Assembly (NCBI GenBank): GCA_051252375.1
Contig: JBPOFY010000009.1
Span: 1 to 64,000 of the forward strand
Origin: Opitutaceae bacterium
GTDB lineage: Bacteria; Verrucomicrobiota; Verrucomicrobiia; Opitutales; Coraliomargaritaceae
Length of the DNA: 64,000 nt
Reading direction: 5' to 3'
A model generated the notes under the pieces. It was not told the DNA's origin. It did no database searches and was given only the letters and a program-made list of their open reading frames with translations. The position numbers and the translations under genes were made by a program. Each line of letters opens with the position of its first letter. Within the stretch, counting starts at the first letter, position 1. This document shows, in pieces, positions 58,541 through 64,000 of this stretch.

Positions 58541-59680
58541 ATGAATGATTCCGAACAGTCACCGCAGATTTCCGAAGAAGGAGAAGTCGGCTTTGTAGAG
58601 TATCAGGATTATGTCTCCCGTAAGCCATTTCATTTTGAGTCCGGTGGATCAATTCCTGAGCTTTCCTTGCGCTATGAGACCTATGGACGTCTTAATGTTG
58701 CCAAGGATAATGCAATCCTCATCTGTCATGCGCTGACAGGGGATCATCACTGCGCCGGTGTGCATAATGTGGATGAAAAGAAGCTGGGCTGGTGGAATTT
58801 CATGGTTGGACCGGGCAAGCCAATCGATACGTCCAAGTATTTTGTGATTTGTTCGAATGTGCTCGGTGGTTGTCAGGGCTCGACAGGACCTGGCTCGATT
58901 AATCCGGAGACGGGCAAGCGATACAATTTGGATTTCCCGAAACTGACGCTTCGCGACATGGTGAAGGCGCAGGTCTTGCTGTTGGATTATTTGGGCATCG
59001 ACTGCTTGCATGCGGTGCTCGGTGGTAGCATGGGTGGAATGCAGACTTTGCAGTGGGCGATTGAATGTCCGGATCGGGTCGGTCGCTACATCGCCTTGGC
59101 GTGTTGTGCGCGGCACAATGCTCAGGCGATTGCTTTCAATGATACGGGTCGTCAGGCGATTATCAGCGATCCCGCATGGAAGCAGGGCGATTATGAACCG
59201 GACGAACCGCCGGCAGAGGGCTTGTCTGTGGCTCGCATGATGGCGCACATTACCTACCTCTCCGATGCGGGGATGGAGGCAAAGTTTGGTCGTCGTCGTC
59301 GTGTGGTCGACGAGTCGAAGGAGCACTTTGATGTCGAATTTGAGGTAGAGAGCTATTTGCGCTACCAAGGGCAGAGCTTTGTCTCCCGCTTCGATGCGAA
59401 TACTTATTTGTATCTCACGAAAGCCTTGGATCGTTTCGATTTACATGGTCCGAATTCGTTGGACGAAACATTGTCGGTAGTCACTTCGCCGGGGCTCGTG
59501 GTTGGTTTTACATCCGACTGGCTGTATCCGCCGCAGGGCAATCGTGAAGTGGTGGAGTCGTTGTTGCGTCTGGGCAAGGATGCGACTTACGCCGAACTGG
59601 CGCTCGATGCCGGGCATGATTCCTTCTTATTGCGCGATAAGAAGCTCTACGAGTTGATCGATCGTTTTCTCAATCGTTAA
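58541..59680 (+). CDS. metX: Homoserine O-acetyltransferase
   Basis: HALTGD, GGSMGGM, SDWLYP, GHDSFL. Confidence 0.95.
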   Translation: MNDSEQSPQISEEGEVGFVEYQDYVSRKPFHFESGGSIPELSLRYETYGRLNVAKDNAILICHALTGDHHCAGVHNVDEKKLGWWNFMVGPGKPIDTSKYFVICSNVLGGCQGSTGPGSINPETGKRYNLDFPKLTLRDMVKAQVLLLDYLGIDCLHAVLGGSMGGMQTLQWAIECPDRVGRYIALACCARHNAQAIAFNDTGRQAIISDPAWKQGDYEPDEPPAEGLSVARMMAHITYLSDAGMEAKFGRRRRVVDESKEHFDVEFEVESYLRYQGQSFVSRFDANTYLYLTKALDRFDLHGPNSLDETLSVVTSPGLVVGFTSDWLYPPQGNREVVESLLRLGKDATYAELALDAGHDSFLLRDKKLYELIDRFLNR

Positions 59681-59684
59681 TTAC

Positions 59685-60290
59685 ATGAACCCAAACACAA
59701 AAAAACGTCAGGTTGATTTCCAAGTCATCGCTCAATGGGTGAATGAAGGCGACCGCGTGCTCGATCTTGGTTGTGGGCGTGGGGTGCTATTGGAGTATTT
59801 GAAGCAGAAAAAATCAATCTACGCAGTTGGTGTGGATATTGATTTTGATCGAATCCTTAGCTGCGTGAAGCGAGGTGTTTCTGCGTATCATGGTGACGTG
59901 AAGAATCTGCTCTCTACTTTTGGCGACAATAGTTTTGATCGTGTTATTTTCAGCCGATCGGTTGAACTGCTGGATGAGCCCGATGTGATTTTAGCAGATG
60001 CGTTACGTGTCGGTAAGCGTGTCACAGTAGGATTTGTGAATCACGGCTATTGGAAAAACCGATTGAGTTTTCTGACCACTGGAGCTGGCACGGTTAATGA
60101 AGTTTACCCGAAGCCGTGGTATGAAACACTACGCTCCAACCCATTCTCATTGAGTGAGTTTGAGGCTTTCTGCGAAGCGCGTTCGATCCGTATCGAGCAT
60201 AAGGTGCCGCTGGGTGGAAACTGGCGCGATGAGTGCAAGTTGTTGCCGAACCTACTTGCCGGCTACGCTATCTACGATTTGGCGAAGTAA
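59685..60290 (+). CDS. metW: Methionine biosynthesis protein MetW
   Basis: RVLDLGCGRG SAM-binding motif; immediately follows metX. Confidence 0.9.
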   Translation: MNPNTKKRQVDFQVIAQWVNEGDRVLDLGCGRGVLLEYLKQKKSIYAVGVDIDFDRILSCVKRGVSAYHGDVKNLLSTFGDNSFDRVIFSRSVELLDEPDVILADALRVGKRVTVGFVNHGYWKNRLSFLTTGAGTVNEVYPKPWYETLRSNPFSLSEFEAFCEARSIRIEHKVPLGGNWRDECKLLPNLLAGYAIYDLAK

Positions 60291-60305
60291 GCGCTGGCGC
60301 GGTGA

Positions 60306-61169
60306 TTAGTGCTGCGCGATTGCGTCGAGCACTTGCTGCCTGGAATGTTGTAGAGTAGGATGTTGGATCGTTTCTGTTAAGGCTTTGGCCTCTTCAATGC
60401 GACCGAGATTGCCCAATACGTGAGCACGATGTAGATCGATGATTTCACCACGAAGCGTGGTTTTGGTCGTCTTACGAATTTTGTCCCAGTGCGATAAGGC
60501 GGCTTTCCAATCCGGGCTGGCTTGATCGTAATAAGCCTCACCCAGACGCATCTGAAAGTCTAAATTCTCCGGTTCGAGCTGAGCGGCTTTTTTGAAAGCG
60601 CTGATGGTTTCGCGCTCGAGTGAGTCGCGAGTAAAGATTTCGTCTTCGATGAATTCGCCTTGAAACTGATGAAGTAGTTGCCCCAGCGAAAAGTGATAGA
60701 GCGCAGTTTTGGGTTCGAGCTCGACGGCGCGCAGGTAAAAGGTGAGGGCGGCTTTGCCTTTACCTTGTTCGGCAAGGTGGGTGCCGATTTGTTGTTTGAC
60801 CACTGCGATTTCTGGGTCGAGTTCGTCTGCTTTAAGGAAAGCGGTGAAGGCTTGATTGGTTTGCTCTGTGCGGCGGAGCAGTTTGGCGTAGAGGATGAGT
60901 GCGTTGACGTCGTCCGGGTGCTCGGTGAGATAGGTCCTGTAGGATTGAACCAAGTCGTCGATCCGTCGATCCATGTCTTGCTCGCTATAGAAGTCGGGGT
61001 CTTCTGCGATTTTTTTATAGAAGGCTTCCTCTTGCTCCGAAATCTTTAGCAGGCGTTCGGTTGCGAGATTGGATTGAGCGGAAGCGCTTGGGCTGAAACA
61101 CGCGCACAGGATAGTCACTAGGGCGACTAAGGCCTGTGAGCTAAGAGTTTTGTTGGGCAATGGATTCAT
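60306..61169 (-). CDS. Secreted TPR-repeat protein
   Basis: Signal peptide; repeated A..LDP/LEP TPR turns. Confidence 0.8.
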   Translation of the reverse strand: MNPLPNKTLSSQALVALVTILCACFSPSASAQSNLATERLLKISEQEEAFYKKIAEDPDFYSEQDMDRRIDDLVQSYRTYLTEHPDDVNALILYAKLLRRTEQTNQAFTAFLKADELDPEIAVVKQQIGTHLAEQGKGKAALTFYLRAVELEPKTALYHFSLGQLLHQFQGEFIEDEIFTRDSLERETISAFKKAAQLEPENLDFQMRLGEAYYDQASPDWKAALSHWDKIRKTTKTTLRGEIIDLHRAHVLGNLGRIEEAKALTETIQHPTLQHSRQQVLDAIAQH

Positions 61170-61248
61170 TCGGATGGTGCCTTTATGATCGGCTCTATCC
61201 TATGTATCAAACTCGAAAGAAAAGTTCAAAAAGAGTTCTGTCTTTAGC

Positions 61249-62796
61249 TTAACCGAGGAGTGCCTCAATTTTAGCCGCATTGGCTGCATAGGTCTGCGCA
61301 TCGGCTTTCGGCTCTATCGTGCTATCGAGATCTGCTTGGCAGAAAACATCACCGAGTGCTTCGAGGCTGATACCGAATGTCTGATTGGCGGCACGCATGG
61401 CGCCTCCTAGACCAACTGAGCCGCTGACGGCGAGGCGTTGGACTTTGACTTGGAAGATGTCGGCAATGACTTGAGCGATTGCGTTATTCTTTGAAGCGCC
61501 GCCAGTTATGTAAACCACATCGGTTGCTAGTTGCATCCAATCTGTGCGGAGTTTCATATTGGTGAATTGTCCCTCCACGCAGGCACGAACCGCTGCGTCG
61601 GCATCTTGCCAGTTTTCGAACTCATCTGTGCCTTGTAGGCGTGGCTCGCCAAGGTTCACCCGTGGGCTGATTTCGGGCATGAAGAAGGGCAGCATCACGT
61701 TGCCGTTGTTGCCTGCAGGTGTTGCATCGAAAGCCGCGGTGAAGGCATCCCAGTCATAGCTAAATTTGTCTTTCACGGCTTCTCTAGCGAGGGAGCCGTT
61801 GACGAAGCATTGCAGTGACATCGAACCACCAGCTGGATTGCCAAAAACGTGTCCACAGCCTTGGGGGTCTGCGACGACTCCTGGCATGGCGGCAAAAAAG
61901 GTGTCGGATGTGCCGAGCGAGATCACGACTTTGCCGGGTTGGCTGGCGCCCATGCCTACGAGGCTGCTAGGATTGTCGCCGGTAAAAATCGTGATAGGTG
62001 TCTGCGCAGTGAAGCCGTATTTCTCAACAAAGTAGGGCGCAATCGTTCCTGTGTTGGTATGGCCGTTAGCTACTGGAGGTAGCTTCGCCGCTAGATCCGG
62101 CGCTGTGGCATCCAGCAAATCGCTGTCCCACTGCCAGTTTTGAATGTTGAGCAAGTTCATGCCCGCACCATCACCGGTATCGATTGGGGCATCGGCGCCT
62201 GAGAGGACCGAGCAGAGGAAAGAGCTGACGAGGTGAATGCGTGCGGTTTCGGCGTAGGCATCTGGATCGTTCTTGTAGAAACGACGAATCTGCGGACCAG
62301 TGAAGCGTTCGATCGCGATGGATCCTGATTTTGCGCAAACGGTTTCGTCGCTACCGACTGCTGCTGCAATTTCGCGACATTCTTCACCTGTGGAACTGTC
62401 CATCCAAATGGGGGAGGTCGGGCGAGAAAGGATCGGCTTTAGTTGATCGGCGAGTGACTGTGTTGTATCAAGTTTCTTGATACGGTCGAACCAGTCGGAC
62501 TTAAGGTAGACCGAACCATGCTGTTGTCCTGCTCCGGAAATAGCACTGACTTGAGAAAGGTCGCATTTTTGACCCAATTCACTGAGGAGTAAATCCAGCG
62601 CATCTAGCCACATACATGGGTCTGCATGCACTTCGCCGTCAGGCGCATCCGGTATGAAGCCGGAGGGTGCATTGTATTGTGGCAGGCGTTCTCCGAAGTT
62701 CACTGAAGCTTCGGCGACGATTGTTCCGGAGTCCGTATCAATGATGATGGCGGAGCAACTTTGTGTGGAGGAATCAATACCTAGTGTGTGGGGCAT
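61249..62796 (-). CDS. xylB: Xylulokinase (FGGY family, eukaryote-like subtype)
   Basis: GIDSSTQS, SGAGQQHGSVY, RFTGPQIR, TGDNPSS, ISLGTSDT; downstream of xylA. Confidence 0.88.
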   Translation of the reverse strand: MPHTLGIDSSTQSCSAIIIDTDSGTIVAEASVNFGERLPQYNAPSGFIPDAPDGEVHADPCMWLDALDLLLSELGQKCDLSQVSAISGAGQQHGSVYLKSDWFDRIKKLDTTQSLADQLKPILSRPTSPIWMDSSTGEECREIAAAVGSDETVCAKSGSIAIERFTGPQIRRFYKNDPDAYAETARIHLVSSFLCSVLSGADAPIDTGDGAGMNLLNIQNWQWDSDLLDATAPDLAAKLPPVANGHTNTGTIAPYFVEKYGFTAQTPITIFTGDNPSSLVGMGASQPGKVVISLGTSDTFFAAMPGVVADPQGCGHVFGNPAGGSMSLQCFVNGSLAREAVKDKFSYDWDAFTAAFDATPAGNNGNVMLPFFMPEISPRVNLGEPRLQGTDEFENWQDADAAVRACVEGQFTNMKLRTDWMQLATDVVYITGGASKNNAIAQVIADIFQVKVQRLAVSGSVGLGGAMRAANQTFGISLEALGDVFCQADLDSTIEPKADAQTYAANAAKIEALLG

Positions 62797-62825
62797 GGCG
62801 AAATTGTGAAGCGTCGGGGGTTATA

Positions 62826-62882
62826 AAAAAAAAGTGGCAGCAGAGAGCGGAACTTCTAGGGACTTCCTGCTCTCTACTGCCT
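62826..62882 (-). terminator. Terminator/attenuator between xylA and xylB
   Basis: ggcagcagagagc...gctctctactgcc stem with an A tract on +. Confidence 0.65.
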
Positions 62883-62899
62883 TTCTTCTAGATCGAATT

Positions 62900-64000
<1,101 letters not shown>

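Noticed and set aside
58649..59368. Long antisense ORF (239 aa) opposite metX, and similar shadow ORFs opposite rhaA, the permease and ppk2
   Set aside because: Fully overlap well-supported genes and lack motifs; typical codon-bias shadows.

Overview
64 kb of a bacterial chromosome. By gene style it is most likely a marine, polysaccharide-degrading Verrucomicrobiota (Opitutia, Coraliomargarita/Lentimonas-like); this is inference. Layout: (i) 1-6.4 kb is an accessory zone with a large secreted Ig-repeat protein, IS4 and integrase relics, a GIY-YIG nuclease fused to a palindrome-interrupted pseudo-tRNA-Asn, and a HigBA-type toxin-antitoxin pair, with two ~220-270 bp direct repeats that carry tRNA-Asn pieces. 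(ii) 6.5-15.7 kb is a decaying rhamnose/uronate locus: a collapsed ADH-uxaE pseudogene, a lactonase-like amidohydrolase, AraC, rhaA, an NCS1-like permease and a multidomain SGNH acetylesterase. (iii) 15.8-36.6 kb is mostly housekeeping: rph, pyrD, lipAB, glmS, glgC, moaE, ppk2 and an Mla/Pqi-like ABC system. (iv) tRNA-His is followed by a small element that duplicates its 3' part, then a ~19 kb glycan cluster with GH78, GH95, GH2, two sulfatases and a Gfo/Idh/MocA + DUF1080 + TIM-barrel + MFS module resembling oxidative (3-keto) glycoside cleavage. (v) metF/metXW, a TPR protein, a eukaryote-type xylulokinase and xylA. At least four REP/REPIN families with compensatory base changes are present. 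No CRISPR array or rRNA was seen. The best candidates for undescribed biology are the tRNA-parasitising GIY-YIG/palindrome unit within nested tRNA-Asn scars, and a C-terminal domain shared by three unrelated secreted proteins (a possible secretion or anchoring tag).
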